The notes under the pieces: model-generated
Seen by the model: the letters and a program-made list of their open reading frames with translations, nothing else
What the model was told of the DNA's origin: nothing
The model's database searches: none
Made by a program: the position numbers and the translations under genes
Part shown: in pieces, positions 23,901 to 38,200 of the stretch
Position numbering within the stretch: the first letter of the stretch is position 1
How the letters are laid out: each line of letters starts with the position of its first letter
Source: Takakia lepidozioides
Lineage: Eukaryota; Plantae; Bryophyta
DNA: 64,000 bases
NCBI GenBank assembly: GCA_030704615.1
Contig: CM060734.1
Span: 13,020,001-13,084,000, forward strand
Reading direction: 5' to 3'

Positions 23901-26537
23901 TTAAAGGAATACCACCTGAAGTCTGTCACCATAAGATTGAACTGGAACCAGGGTCAGTACCAATCAAGCAGGCGAGGTATAGAATGAATCCCAACTACGC
24001 ACAGAAGGTTGGAGAAGAGATCAAGAAGTTGGCTGAGGCTAAGTTTATATACCCAATAGAGTATACAACTTGGTTGTCACCCATTGTTATAGTTCCCAAG
24101 AAGAATGGTAAACTAAGAGTATGTGTGAACTACAAGAAGCTAAATGCTTGTACGAAGAAAGATCCTTTTCCTTTGCCATTCACAGAAGCAGTATTGGACA
24201 CTGTGGCAGGCCATGAGATGTACTCATTCATGGATGGCTTCAGTGGTTATAATCAAGTGCAAGTGGCAGAAGAAGATCAAGGAAAGACAGCTTTCATCAC
24301 AGACTGGGGTGCTTATGCATACAAAGTCATGCCCTTTGGACTTTGTAATGCACCAGCAACCTTTCAGAGAGTAATAAGTGAATATTTTCATGAGTATCTG
24401 GATGATTTCATGCAGGTGTTCTTGGATGATTTCAGTGTGTACAGCTCTAAGAATGAGCACTTGCATAAATTGGAGTTATGTCTGGCCAGATGCAAGATGA
24501 GATGTCTGGGCCTGAATCCAGAGAAGTGTACTTTCTGTGTGAACTCAGGGGTGCTTCTGGGACACATTGTGTGTAAGAGGGGACTTCTTGTGGATCCCAG
24601 GAAGACAGAGGCCATTAAAGCCTCTCCACCACCAGTGAATGTTAAGAGTCTAAGGAGATTCCTTGGGCAAACCAGTTATTACAGAAGATTTGTCAAAAGG
24701 TATGCACAAATAACAGCACCATTGAGCAAGCTACTGAAGAAAGATGCAGTGTTTGCCTGGACAGCTGAATGTCAACAGGCGTTTGAGGAACTTACACTGT
24801 CAGTAACAACTACACCTGTGCTGATTAACCCTCACTGGCATGTAGTATTTCATGTTCACTGCGATGCATCAGGAGAAGCGTTGGGAGCGGTGTTAGCCCA
24901 GAATGTTACAGGAAATATAGATTCACCTGTGTACTATGCTAGCAGATTGATGAACAGTGCTGAAAGGAACTATAGCACAACGGAGAAGCATTGGCAATGA
25001 TCTATGCAGTGAAGAAATTCAGGCATTACCTGTTGGGCAAAAAGTTTATGTTCTATGTGGATCACCAGGCTCTGATATACCTGGTAAATAAACCTCTGAT
25101 AAGCGGAAGAATAGCAAGATGGTTGATAATCTTGCACGAGTTTGAGTTCGAGGTTGTTTACAAGCCTGGGAGACTGCATCTTGTGGCGGATCACTTGTCA
25201 CGGTTATCAACAGGAGAACCAGCCACAGGAATAGATGATCAATTACCTGATGCGAGTCTATTTGCAGTGGAGGTGCTGGGAAGTGCAGATGACTGGTTAG
25301 ATTGGCAGTGGCCAATCAGATACTACCTTGCTCATGGTCAGTGCCCACCTAGTTATGGTAAGGAGCAGAGGAAGAGAATCGCTATCAAAGCTTTACCTTA
25401 TACTATGGTAGGAAGCAGAATGTATAAGCTAGGACCTGATGGAGTACTAAAACGATGCTTGTACCACCATGAAGTAAATAAAGTTCTGGAGGAAGTTCAT
25501 AAAGGAGTGGCTGGAGGTCATTTTGGAGAAGAGACTACCAGTAGGAAGATACTACTCGCAGGTTACTGGTGGCCTACTTTGTTCAAAGATGTACACGAGT
25601 ATTGTCAGAGTTGTGATGAATGTCAGAAGCTAGGACCTTTGCAGAGATCTGGAAGGATGGCCTTGCATCCTACAATGCCTACGGAACCATTTCAGAAATG
25701 GGGACTAGACTTTGTTGGACCAATCAACCCACCAGCCAAGAATACACGGAACAGGTACATAATTACAGCCACTGATTATACTACGAAGTGGGTGGAAGCT
25801 AAAGCTTTGAGGGACAACACAGCCAAATCCACAGCAAGGTTCCTGTACGAGAACATACTTACACGATTTGGCTGTCCCTTAGAATTTATCAGTGATCAGG
25901 GAAGTCACTTCATGAATGAGACCATTGAGTTGTTGACTAAAGAGTTTATGATTGTGCATAGAAAAAGTACAACATATTACCCACAGGGTAATGGGTAGGC
26001 AGAGGCTACCAACAAAATACTATGTACTATCTTGGCTAAGATAGTCAATGCAAACAGAACGGATTGGGATACAAAGCTGCTGACAGCTTTGTGGTCATAC
26101 AAGACTTCATATAAAGTCACCACTAAGTATACACCATTCCAATTAGTTTATGGTATGGAAGCCTTACTTCCAGTGGAATTCCTGTTACCTACCATGAGAA
26201 CGGAGTGGGGAAAGAGAATGGAATTGCAAGATTCCATTAAGGTCAGGAAACATGAATTATATCATGTGGAAGAAGTACGTGCTGATGCAGCTGATAATAT
26301 GACCAGAATTCAGATGAAGAGAAAGGAACAGTTTGATGAAGGCAAGTTAAAGACTTTTAAGACGGGGGATTTGGTTCTATGGTTGCAGAAGAAAGGAAAG
26401 ATTAAAGCTTCTAAGCTTAATCACCATGGAAAGGACCTTATGTCATACAAAAGATGTATGATAACAACACCGCCATGTTACAAACCATTAACAAAGAAAT
26501 GCTGGGAAGAGTCAATGCCAATAAGTTAAAGGGATAG
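20922..26537 (+). pseudogene. gag-pol: gag-PR-RT-RNaseH-integrase, inactivated (capsid deletion, stops at 21510, 23488, 25998, frameshifts)
   Basis: LIDGGSGVN, MDGFSGYNQ, MPFGLCNAPATFQR, VFLDDFSVY, HCDASGEALGAVL, WGLDFVGP, ISDQGSHF; no chromodomain or extra archaeal-type RNaseH seen. Confidence 0.95.
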
Positions 26538-26680
26538 TGGTATCCATGACAAACCCTTGCAGCATGATTTGCATGTTGAAACGCAAGAGCAGTCGCGGGC
26601 TGCACCAGTGTTACGAACGGAGTATGGAGCACTTGTCGCTAGGCCGAGCATATATGACCAGGGCGGGCAAAACAAGCGTG

Positions 26681-26980
26681 ACACAGCCTATCACAGCCCA
26701 TCATGACGTGACACAGCCTATCACAGCCCATCAAGGCAAAACACAGCCTATCACAGCCCATCACGACGTGACACAGCCTATCACAGCCCATCAAGGCAAA
26801 ACACAGCCTATCACAGCCCATCACAGCGTACACAGCCTATCACAGCCCAGCACGGCGCAACACAGCCTATCACAACCTACCACAGCGTGTCACAGCCTAT
26901 CACAGCTTACCACAGTGCATCACAGCCTATCACAGCGTACCACAGTATGACACAACCTGTCACAGCTCAACACAGCCTAC
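26681..26980 (+). repeat. 30-bp-period minisatellite (ACACAGCCTATCACAGCCCATCA...)
   Basis: About 9-10 tandem units, progressively degenerate, visible directly. Confidence 0.9.
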
Positions 26981-27665
26981 TAGGATTACACGATCCATAG
27001 AATCAGTGACAGGTGGACGCACAATAACTTCAGGAAAATGGCTGACGGAAGAAAGACGGAAACCAGTTTAAAAATAGACACGTGGAAGTCAGGGCGCGAC
27101 ACACAGCCGAGAAGGAAGTGCAAGAACAGGTGTCATAAAGAAAGAGGACAAGAACGGCCGTCAAAATGGATGAAAGGCGGGCCCATTAATGAATACGGAA
27201 AAAGGGGAACGGAACAAACGGCAAGTACAGAAAAGCGAAATTCTTGTCACATGTGTGATCCTAGTGGACTATCCAGCAGGGAAAGTCCACTAAAGAAAAT
27301 GAAATCTAAAATCCAGTCACAGCGGTTACAGCCAATAGAAAGCCAGAGAAAGGATCAAGAAATTGGAGGGAAATTAAGCGCAAGAGGCGGCGTCGTTCTG
27401 AGTAACGGGCGTCTCGACAGGACAGACCATCAATGCTATAGCTTGAAAACTATGGAGGAACTAACAGACTATACGCTGCAATATTACTTACGCAGTGGCA
27501 TAGGACGAAAGAACAGAGCGGATCTTTTCTCTTGAGCGATGCTTGCAAGCCCCACAGGCTTACAAGAAATTACCCATAGCTTTTTGTGGCAACCATACGT
27601 TTATGCTTTGTGCACTACAGGCATTTCTTCAGTTGTTACAGCCAAAACATTTCTGTGAGTCTAGA

Positions 27666-30600
27666 ATGAAGAGAGTGAGAGGAATGGAGGAAATCAGGGT
27701 GAAGAGCACCACAATTCTGCAGAAACAAACGATTGCTACCCCACAGGCGATACAGATACTGAAGGAGCTGAGATTGCAAGGATTGCAAAGCATAGATTGG
27801 ACATTACACCATAGACAGTACATGTTACAATTTTTGCAGAACTTTGAGCCAAGGACAGGAACAACAACGGTGAAGGGAGTTGAATTAGTAATTACTCCCC
27901 TATACCTCCAGCAATTGTTTCGATTGCCAGCAGGTCAGGTGCATGTGGAGGAACACAGGGCAAGACTGCAAATAGGGGACTTATTCCAAGAAGGGAGTTT
28001 CTTTAAAACTCAGGGTTATGCTTGTACAAAGGCTGTGTACCCAGGGCTAAAAGAGGTAGGCCAGGTATTGAACGTTTGATTGCCATGAAACAGAACCAAC
28101 AGTATTTGAGCAGATCCTTCACGGAGGAAATACTCAAAGCCCTGAAAGGACAAGAAGTAGAATGGGCGGACATAATGTACAACGCACTGGTAGAGGAGAT
28201 GAAAAGATTACAAGGTACTACCGCAAAGTCTCCTATCATAGTGTCTGGCCCAATCATTGCTCAAATAATTCTTGATTCTGGCATACTTGATGCGCAAGAA
28301 AGAAAGGAGATTGGAGTGTTTGAGCCAGAAACCACTGCAATGGAAGAGCAAGGCTCTTCACACAGTGAGGGTGGACTAGCAGGGCAACCCGAGACTAAGA
28401 GGCAGAGACGGGGAAAGACTGTAGTGGCGGATCCACTGGCTTCACGGATTCCGCATGATAATGTTTCCCAAGCTCATGTGCAGGAAGGGGCACAGCAGCA
28501 CAGAGAACTGCTATTACTGGAAGCAGGACCTTCAGAGAGGGAGGAGGAAGTTACTTCAGTATCACAACCATCACAGCCAGCTGATCGGCTTGTCACAAGG
28601 TTACAAGTTGTCCATGCAGCTCAACCAGAAATAATTGATTTGGAAAGAGAAGGGTTAGATATTCCAACTACAGAACAGATAGTGGCAGAAATTGAGAAGG
28701 GGGACCTTCTCTATGAATATTCTGGTCTGGTCAAGGAGACAGAGATTCCAGAGGTGCAACAGTTGCCCAAGGGAAATCCTGAGGTGCATATAATACACAC
28801 ACCTGTGTCGGAGGTACCACAGGCAGAAGGTCATGACACTGTAGCACCGGTGATAGATGAAGTGGTCAGGAAGAAAATCCGGTGGGACAATGGCCTGAGT
28901 GGTTCGTGAGACATCACACTGTTGAGGATCAGGAGGAACAGCAGCAACCTCACCATGATGACCCTCAACAGGCAATGCTGATGAGTTCCATAGGCATGAC
29001 ACTTAATTTGTTGGGGACTTATATCAAATCCCATGTTCCAACTACCCAATTGACAGCCTTGAGAGAAGAACTCAGGAAAGAGTTTGAGGCTCGACTAGCC
29101 ACTGAGTGTGCAAACAAGGTCGATGAAGAGGTCACTCTCAAATGCAGCAGGACTTGGAAAATACAAAAGCGGCTTTGCAATTGGCCAAGGAACAATTGAT
29201 TGAGGCACGCCTCGCGCAAGACCAGTTGCACGAAGCACATAAGCAACAGCTATACCAAATGCAGGTGCAGCATGAAAACAAGTTGCAAGAAGTGAATACA
29301 CTACATACGGAGTTGCAGACAGTGCATGACAGGATGGCCATACAATGTGCTACATTCACAACTATGCTTGACCAATCTACAAAAGAAATAAACATTCAAG
29401 CGGAAAAATGTACGAAGGCAGAAGAAGAGAATGTTGAGCAAATGAAACTCATTGTCGATATGAAGAATACAATCTGTCGCAATGAGGATACTTTCAAGCG
29501 ATACAGGCAGGTTGAAGCTGATCAAGAGAAGCACATCGTGGAGTTGCAACAAACGCTCATGGCCAATAGAACTGAAATCACGGTCACTAACAAGGCTTGG
29601 AAGGAAGCTAATAATCTACTTGCTGCCTATGCGAATTTGGTTGAACCTCATGCGAAGCGCATGGAGGCCTTACAACAGCAGTTAGAAATGTACAAACTAA
29701 GAGAGGAGCACACTCTCAGGGGAACCACAAGCAACTTGGTGGATAATAGCCTTATGCAGGTCTGGTTAGCACAAGGGCCAATGGAAGGCAAAGCACCACG
29801 AAAGCTCATCCAAAGCGAGATGAATGAGCTCAGACTGCAAGTGCAGAACATTGCCACAACTACTATAGACAATGTCTATAGTAGGATAGCAGAGTTACAG
29901 GAGGATGTAGACGGACTGCAGACTCAAGTGGATGACCTCACTTCAAACATAGACAAAAGAGTCTATATCCCTCAGGAACAGCTAATGGCTTCTTATTTAC
30001 AAGCCAGAACTTTGCTTTTCAGTCTTCACAGGAGGTGCAGGAAATGCCAATGATACAAGAGCCAGTACCACCAACACCACAACAAGTCACTGTACCAGTA
30101 GCTGAACCTGTTGTTACTACAACCACACCGCAGCCACCACAGCCTGAGGTATGGGGCAATGCTGATTTTAACCCACCCATGCTGATTATGCCCTTCAACC
30201 AAATTCCCATCATGTTGGATTTGGCTTGGAAAGAATTTAGTCCTCCGCAGTCATTCGCACATTACTACCAAATCATGCGCATTTGGCTGCCAGTGGCAAC
30301 TAGGACTAAAGTTCTTCCGAACAATTGACCAATTGAGGATCATCACTTTGCACAGTACTGGCATGAGGCAGGTACCATGTTGAGGGAATTAATTGCTTTC
30401 CAGGTTGTACATGGATTCATTTATACCAAGACCAAGGAGGTAGCAAGTATTGTCATGGGATGCGGGTTATACTACGCTGTTGTTTTCTGGTACGTTATCA
30501 CATTGAGCAACAAAAGATGCAAGCGCGCTTTCTGAGTTATTCCAGTGGGGATCATTGGATCTTACCTTCAGTGCCACCTCATATGTACCTATATGAGGCA

Positions 30601-30831
30601 AAAGTTATGATGCAAAAGGATTCTCAAATTCGTTCATGGTTTCAAGCGGCCTGGAACAATTTGTCAACACAGAAATTCGGCATTGATGATATTTTCTATA
30701 AGGGACATGTGGCATGTAAATACTTGCACGCTGCACAAGTAATGGTACCCCCCACTCACCTGGACAGACAAGGAGCTCAGTGTCTACACCAATTTTGCTG
30801 TTCAGCGGTTACACCAAGTTGTAAAATATAA
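27666..30831 (+). pseudogene. Long additional ORF downstream of pol (env-position ORF; coiled-coil middle), frameshifted
   Basis: Consecutive overlapping frames 27543-28079, 28022-28909, 28882-29199, 29142-30053, 30035-30328, 30460-30831; E/Q/K/L-rich heptad stretch. Confidence 0.7.
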
Positions 30832-31201
30832 ACTTCCAGACATGGTAGGACAACATTGTATGCCCCAGAGGATTCCACAAAAAGTTCGAAATTAAGACAC
30901 CTGAGAGGCGATGAGGATTCTGATACAACTGTTTCTTCACCGAATTCTTTTGACATGGGAGAAGACTATGCAATTCAGATGGCAGAGAAGAAGCGACGGG
31001 GTCTCCTATGCCTGAAAGGTTACCTCGATATCAGCCTCCAGAGGGCCTCACTTATCCAGGTAGTGTTCAAACATCTCCGTCAACCATAGACAGACCTCGG
31101 CTCGTACACACAATCCGCCACGAAACTCTCAACGTCAGAAAGGTGCTCAGTCACAAAGGTTTGCTAATCGCAATCAGTAAACCGTGAGGACACGGCTTTT
31201 T

Positions 31202-31215
31202 GAGAGGGGAAGGGG
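31202..31215 (+). promoter_or_regulatory. Polypurine tract GAGAGGGGAAGGGG
   Basis: 3 nt before the 3' LTR TG. Confidence 0.9.
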
Positions 31216-31218
31216 TAA

Positions 31219-32274
31219 TGTTAGAGGACTGTCTGGGACTTAGACACTTATACGGGATCTGTAGGGTACCCTTAATTTTGCACAGACTGAGACCAACAGA
31301 GCCTTAGGGGTGACAGCAGCGCACTAGAGGGGGGTTATACAGCCCGTCACAGCCACACACAGCGCGACACAAACCAGCAACACAGCCCGCACACATCACA
31401 AGCCGTCACATCGTCACAGCCGCACAGCCAACCAGTTAGCACAGCTCGTCACACAAGCCCGACACAGCCATCACAGCCAACACAGCCCCGTCACAACAAA
31501 GCGACACAGCCACCCAGCCAGTCACAGTCACATCCCGTCACAGCCCGACACAGCCAAACACAGTCGCACAGCCAAATCACACAGCCCTCACAATTTCACA
31601 CAGCCAGTCACAGCTTGACACAGCTGTCACGATCATAGGGAACAAGAGCAGGACAGGGAACGACTATGGGAAACAACACCTGCAAATGGAATATGTTAGT
31701 TCACGAATGACGGTTAGTGAGGGAAACAGTTAGAGCCACGGGTAGGAAGATAAAGGGAGAAGCAAGGACTGAGTAGGGGGCTTTTTGGGGGATGATTTCT
31801 TGAAGCACGTGAGGAGAGAGAGAGGATCGGGCGGAGAGTAAGAACGGAAGCAAAATGGAGAGCACGGTGAAGGAGGAGAGATGATTAGTAGATGCTTGTT
31901 ATATGCAAAACTGTAGTGATATTGTAGAGCAGATATAGACACAATGGCTTCGGCCTGATACCTGATAAATCATAATCTGATACTTATACGATACAACCAC
32001 ACTGTGTAGAGAGATCTGAGTGAAGCTGTGGAATGAATGGATGGTTTGATGGAACCGATAAATTGATGAAGCAAACTGATACTTAATTATCAATGGTAAG
32101 GTAGCTAACATGAATGCCAAAAGGGAAACAAAGAGGAAACACCCCCATGATACACTAGCTGTAGGTCATGACTGATTGTTCTGCGTGGGCTGAGTACTTA
32201 GAGATTTCCAACTCTTCTATCTTGGAGTTTCCGCCTCGGATAGCGAAGGGATGGGTGAGTAAAAGCCGCGCGAC
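31219..32274 (+). repeat. 3' LTR (terminal A missing)
   Basis: Direct repeat of 19305-20312 followed by the TSD. Confidence 0.95.
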
Positions 32275-35200
32275 GCTCTCAAGCGCTCCAATACCACCTG
32301 AAGGTGTCTCTCATGCTCCTCCACCGTAGCACAAGATGAGATGTCATCTATGTTAGCACCAACAAAGTCCACCCCTGCTAGAATCCTATCCTGACTCTCT
32401 GAAACTCTGCAGGAGCATTCTTAAGCCCAAATGTGTAAACCGCACTGATATAGGCAATCCTTGCCGTGCTCATTGATCCCCCAGAAGTCATCTTCTGCTT
32501 GTCCCGTCCCTGATCGGCAACTGGTGATATCCGGATCGTAAATCCAAAGTGCTAAAGACCTTAGCATGCCCGATGGCATCAAAGATCTCATCTAGTGTTG
32601 GCATGGCATACTTATCGGACTTGGTTGACGATTTACAGGCCGGTAATCACCGTACATACGTCCTCTCCGTCCATTGCCATAGACATCCTTCTTGGCTGGC
32701 ATCACTGTGGCTGAAGCATACTCTCCACCAGAGAGCTCCACCAAACCAGCCTCCCAGAGATCTTGAGTCCTCATCTGAATCAAAGACCTCTCCATGTCAC
32801 TGTATCTATAGGGTCTCCGAAGATTGGCGTGTCAGTGGCCACTCAATACAAATCTTCTTGACCTTCAGTGCCTTCCAAGTCCTTCAAACTAAAGGCAAAG
32901 CAATTCCTGTAAGCCCTCAGGAACCGCCGTATAAGTTTTCTCTCTCCTCTGGTGACAATGGATCCAATGTTAGGCTCCCAATTGTCGCTCCGTAATTGCA
33001 AACCTTAAGTCCAGTGGGCTAGAGGTAGAGGACGCGTCCAGTGGTTGCTATGTTGCAACCTCTTGAGGCAGTACTCCCTACCTGCTTAGTCAATGATAAG
33101 CCTCATCCCATCCTGCACCATCATCTCATCCTCGAGGACTTCCTCAACCCGAGAAAATCCCCACCTCATCCATCAACCCCGCCGCCCCCGGCTGCCAACT
33201 CCCTCTGACCTCGAGCACCTCCCACGTGTGCCATGGATGCCTGCACCCCATGTTCCTCTCATGCTCGCCCCCACTCACTGCCTGTACCATCTCGGTAGGC
33301 AAGAGACCATCGAGGGAAATGTACTCCGCACTCTGCGTTGCTCAGCCATCGCCAAGCTGATAATCCAGGTCAAGCATTGAGATCCATTGCTTGCCCAACA
33401 CCTGATGACGGGATGCCTCAGCAAGAGACGACACCGCCGTGGTACCAGTGGCAAAACCCATTGCCCGCTCACGCTCGTCAGCATTAGGCTCCACTAACTG
33501 CTTGCCAACTGAGCATCCACAGAGGCCAGGTTCACTATCCCGGAAAGCATGCGATCCTTGGAAGCTGAGCAGTGTAGGTAATGTTGCTCGTGGTTGACCC
33601 ACCTTGTTGACCACTGCCAAAGGCAAACGGTCATCATGTCTCACACGCTCAACTGCCTCCCTGTGTCCAAATGCTATCCACTGTGAGGTGTGCTTGCCGC
33701 TGCTAGCCCCCCCCATCAAGCACGCTTGAGCAGTGCGGGTGGCATCAAGTTAGTCCACCATAGTCGTGGACGATGAGCCCATGACCCCACTATAGTTGCA
33801 TCTAGCAACACTGCTGACCCAAGCCACGACCGGACTTGATGCACACTAGCCATCACCTTGGCCCGAGAATCGCCCATCAGTTGCACATTTTCCAGATGTA
33901 TGCTGGAGATACAGCTTGATGAAGCTGCAAGTGGCGCAAAACCCGCACCATCTCCCAAAACAGACCCGACCTCGAGTCTCGCAATCCATTGCCATGCCCG
34001 CTGATGATACCCTTGGCAAGGCCAACCTGCCACTACTAGATCAATGGAGCAACGAAATGTCTGCTGGCAAGGCCTGCTGATATCCACGAACTGCAGACAC
34101 CGGCAACAACTCAGGGTACTATTGCACCAACTGAGCAACATGACAAAGTGAAACGTGTCGTGCATTCTCATCCCTCTCCAAATACAAGTAACGCCAAACT
34201 CGTATATCTGTCTGTAACACAGCAGCCAATCCGGTGCTGATCCCGCCAAACAAGTCCAGAAGACAAAGCCTTCATCCGGATACTGCCACAACAATAGGTG
34301 TGGTGTCCAATGGACAACAAGGTGATCCTGGTGCATCCCCACACTCTCCTCCTCTCCTGATGGTACAAAACCTCTCCCCAGGTTTGTTGCACCCGTCGAT
34401 CAGCAACCTGCTGCATATCCTTGCTCATGCCCCACAATGGAGTCTGAGCAATCATGGCAGGCAACTCCGCCATACCATGCATGTCATCCTGCTCTCCCGG
34501 AGGTGACATATCCTCTGAATGAGCGTTGCCCTCAAGTAACTCTCCAGGCCAACTCACTACAGCTGTGAATGCTGCTAGTGTCGGATCTTAACCCCTCGCT
34601 GGGCAACCGCAACTCTCCTATGAATGTCACAGGGAGCTGCACACGCCGGCCCTCCCTTGACTGCCATCCAGCCTATAGGAAGCTGACTCCTCCCCAAAAT
34701 CCAGGGTGAAGCCCATGGGGTACACACTGCCCCACCAACCAGGACATCGTATGAGACCGCGTCTGTCACCAGGCCTTGGCTCGCATCACTGAGCCATTTG
34801 TAGGGTGATCCGGCCGTAGTCTAATAGCCAACTCACGCCGTGTCATGCCCCAAGCCTGCTCCGATCCTCCCAGAAACATTTGTCTATTGGAAGGACAAGG
34901 CTCCATATCCGCCTCCCGTGAGGCCCAAGCCTTTAATAGCACGCTCTGCCTAGCATCAATGGCTGAGCTCCCGATCCAACAAGACCCGCAGTGGCCGTAC
35001 CATCTCGCCTGCCGGTCCCCTCAAATAGAAAATGCTATCCTGGTTGTCTATTATGACAACTCCAGGTATCACCATGGCGCGCTCAATGGCTGGCCTAGCT
35101 GGCAAGCTCCATCAACCTGGCAGTTGCAGCTTGCCATGGTGCCGCCGTGCAAGTCTTGACCCTCCAATCCAAGGATCCCTCTGGCACTACACCTCCCATT

Positions 35201-38200
35201 ATCTCCGTAGAAGATGAAGTAACCTCCCCACTCTCCCAGAGTGTGTTGCCAGCCTGAACACCTCAGCTGGTCTTACCCCCGGCGTCGCAATCATGGTAGC
35301 CGAGAACAATGGAGCCACGTACACAGATGTGGCCGCTCCCAGCAGCACACTAGCTGCCATATAGCTTGGAACACTAGGTAGTGGTGCTGCCCGTGTAGCT
35401 CTCCCCAATGGCATAGTAACCTCCGCTCGGTAACAGTCGGGCGAGAACTAGGTGCCATGGATGGCGTCGACACTGTCTCCGCCAATTTGAATGATTGAGG
35501 AAGCCTAGCCTGACGGCTTGGCTCCCTACGCTGTGGATCCCACTCCACCTCTGCACCTCGTGGCTCAGGAACTCGTGTTGCTCCTCGAGTCACGCTGCAG
35601 CAACCTCCACCTACACTAGTGGTAGTGCTCGCCAGCACATGAATCCCATGCCTCCCATATCTCCTCCCTCAGGAGCAGGAGGTGGACCATCCGCCTTGGA
35701 GCCAGTACCACCTGAGCTGTAGCCATGGCAGCAAGCCTCCTGCTCTAGCTGCTGAGCCGGTTGGCCATGCCTTGGTCAAAAAACACCCTGACCTGTGCGT
35801 CCTTGGCCATGTTGAGCTTGCCCTTGGCCCTACACCCCGTGCCTGGCCACCTCGTCCTCTCTGGGCTGCTCCACCTCGACCCCCCAACATTGTTCCCTTG
35901 GAACTGGCCTGGGCGCCACTCAGGATGCAAACCATAACACTAACTCTGGCCTCTCCATGCCCGTGCTTGCCACAATGCCCACACTTGCAATTTTGCAGGC
36001 TGTGCATATTCCGGCCCTTTGCCTCCTCTGGGCAATCCTTCTGACATGGGGTCCTCCACATGTCCAACACAACCACCTCCACCCGTTGTTGGCCTGCAAA
36101 TGAAGGGAGAGACCCCCTGGCATCTGAGGTCCTCTCTGTCCTTCCCCTGGGCTTTGCCTGGACCCCCTTGTTGCCTTGAGCACTTTGAGGTAGTGGTTGC
36201 TAGGAGCACCACTACCCCATGGTGTCTCCTTTGCAAATCCCCCCATACCACTCGTTCCTCACCATGTTGAGCTCTATCCCTCTGCCAGCAAAGACACATT
36301 TTGCTAAGGTGGGTTGGCCGCTTGTAGGAGAGTTGCATCCCGCACCCTTCTCCTCAGCTCCTTGTTCCCATATCCCATACCAGAATTGGACTACCTAAGC
36401 TTCCGTAACCCCTTGGGTTACATTTTATCAAGCGCCTCATGCCAGTGAAAGCCGCCCTCAAGCTCTCAGTAGGCTTCCAGTTGGAACTCTTGCAAGCTCC
36501 CAACTTCTCTGTCCTCACCCCTTGGTATTCTCTCTCACTCTTCGAGAACTCCACAATAGGGCTAAGGCAGGCACGGGTACTGGTGCTGGTGCGTTAGTGG
36601 CTTGGGTGGATGTCGTAGCTACGGTACCACCAGTCCCACTAATCCCCTCTGCTTGCTGAAGCTGCTAGTGCACGGCAGTGTAGCCACTGCCCCTCGTGCT
36701 CTAGTGCCCTAGTGATGGAGACATCGTCGGTGTGACCAGTACATCCTCCACTCCTCGATCTCAACTTCATGCCCCCGCCTAAACTCATGTGTAATCATCC
36801 ATAGGTGCCCCTCAAGGTGCTGAAACAGCCCTTTTCCATGCCATGAAAGGCGTAAATAGTTGTGGATTGTGCATTTGCCTGCCAATCACACCAACTATCA
36901 ACCGCCTCCACCGCAACACTCCTATGGTGGCTGGTCATCACCTCCAACCTCACCACAGGAGAAACAATGATGGTCTGACTGTCATCAATCACCCCGCCCT
37001 CACCATCGACACATGCTCTAGGACTGGCCGTGATCAAATCCGGACCAATCACCTATAAAAACAGCGCCCACACAAAACTACCATGGCGCACATTCAAGCA
37101 TGCAGATGGAGGGGGATCCAAACACAAATCAGAACGACAACTCCCCCACACCAAAACCACTCCACGGTGTTGCTTCCTGCAAGGACATCACCCCACCCAA
37201 ACCCGGACTGACTCTTGCCTCCACCTACGGAAAGTCTTTGGCCTAATGAGAGGGTGGAAACTACGAGAAGAGAAGCTAAAGCAATGCCTACCCCAACATG
37301 CCCTCATCCCAACACTCTTTTTCTCATCTCTTCCCCACTTGCATGACCATTGGAATATCATGAAGATACTCCTCCCTCAACCGCCCCCACGAGCTTCAAA
37401 ATTCGGCCTTCAAGACCACATGCCCGTCCTTAGGGGGGGCTGCTATTTCATGAGCCATGAGCATGACGGCATGAGCCATGAGCATAGTCGTAAGTGTGGA
37501 AAAACATGAGCAGCACTATTTTCCGGAAATGAGTGTCCACGGGAATAGGGTTTAGGGTGCCACGGTCATAGGGGCTAGAAGACCCTCCCGATGAAGGAGG
37601 TTCGGCAATGTTATTTAGAATTATATATTGAAAGGCAATGTTTCGCGAAGGGTAGGGTGGTACTGCTCTGTACAATGGGGTGCCCATTTCAGCTTACCAG
37701 CCACTTGCAAAATCCACCCACACTCCCAATCCCAAACGAAATGAGCAATGACGCATTCTTGGAACGATGGACCCACTAGAATAAAAGAGGGCACAATGGA
37801 GGTTTTTTCATGATCCACATGAATGCATTTGCAGCACGTCTACTGTGCTGAGTGTGGCCATCAAATCTTTAGCCCTGTGCCTACTGAATACAAGTCACGT
37901 TGTCAATGGGACTTCGACTGCTCTCAGAACTAGCTCATGAGTCATGGGCGCCTCCATGTACAGTCGATTGCAGCCGTTTGTACCGCCCCTAGTGATGTTC
38001 ACCACAATGTCCTGCCCTTCATCATACCACCATCGAATATGAAATCTTCACGTTTTTGTCGTCCACCACAATGCGCATGTCCCTCCAATGGAGAAGAGAG
38101 CGCACTCCTTGAGGGAATAGGTCTCTCCGATGGAGTCCCCCACGTCCAGTGCAAGCAGTTCCACCGCAACAGCATAGCAGTGCGCCTCTTTTGCATGGGT

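Larger units (their letters stand above)
19305..32274 (+). mobile_element. Full-length Athila/Phygy/Selgy-like Ty3/Gypsy element, copy 2 (~13.0 kb)
   Basis: Two LTRs, PBS, PPT and a 5-bp TSD GCTCT (19300-19304 and 32275-32279) inside the RT gene of the host element. Confidence 0.96.
16502..37230 (-). mobile_element. DNMT/PHD Gypsy family copy split by the 13-kb Athila-like insertion (16502-19304 and 32280-37230)
   Basis: Left part: single B repeat 16502-16689, PPT, PHD (16950-17100), integrase, RNaseH, RT end. Right part: rest of RT, DNMT (VAGWPCQG near 34020), PR, gag and 5' UTR matching ~46440-47000. Halves join exactly across the GCTCT TSD. Confidence 0.9.
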
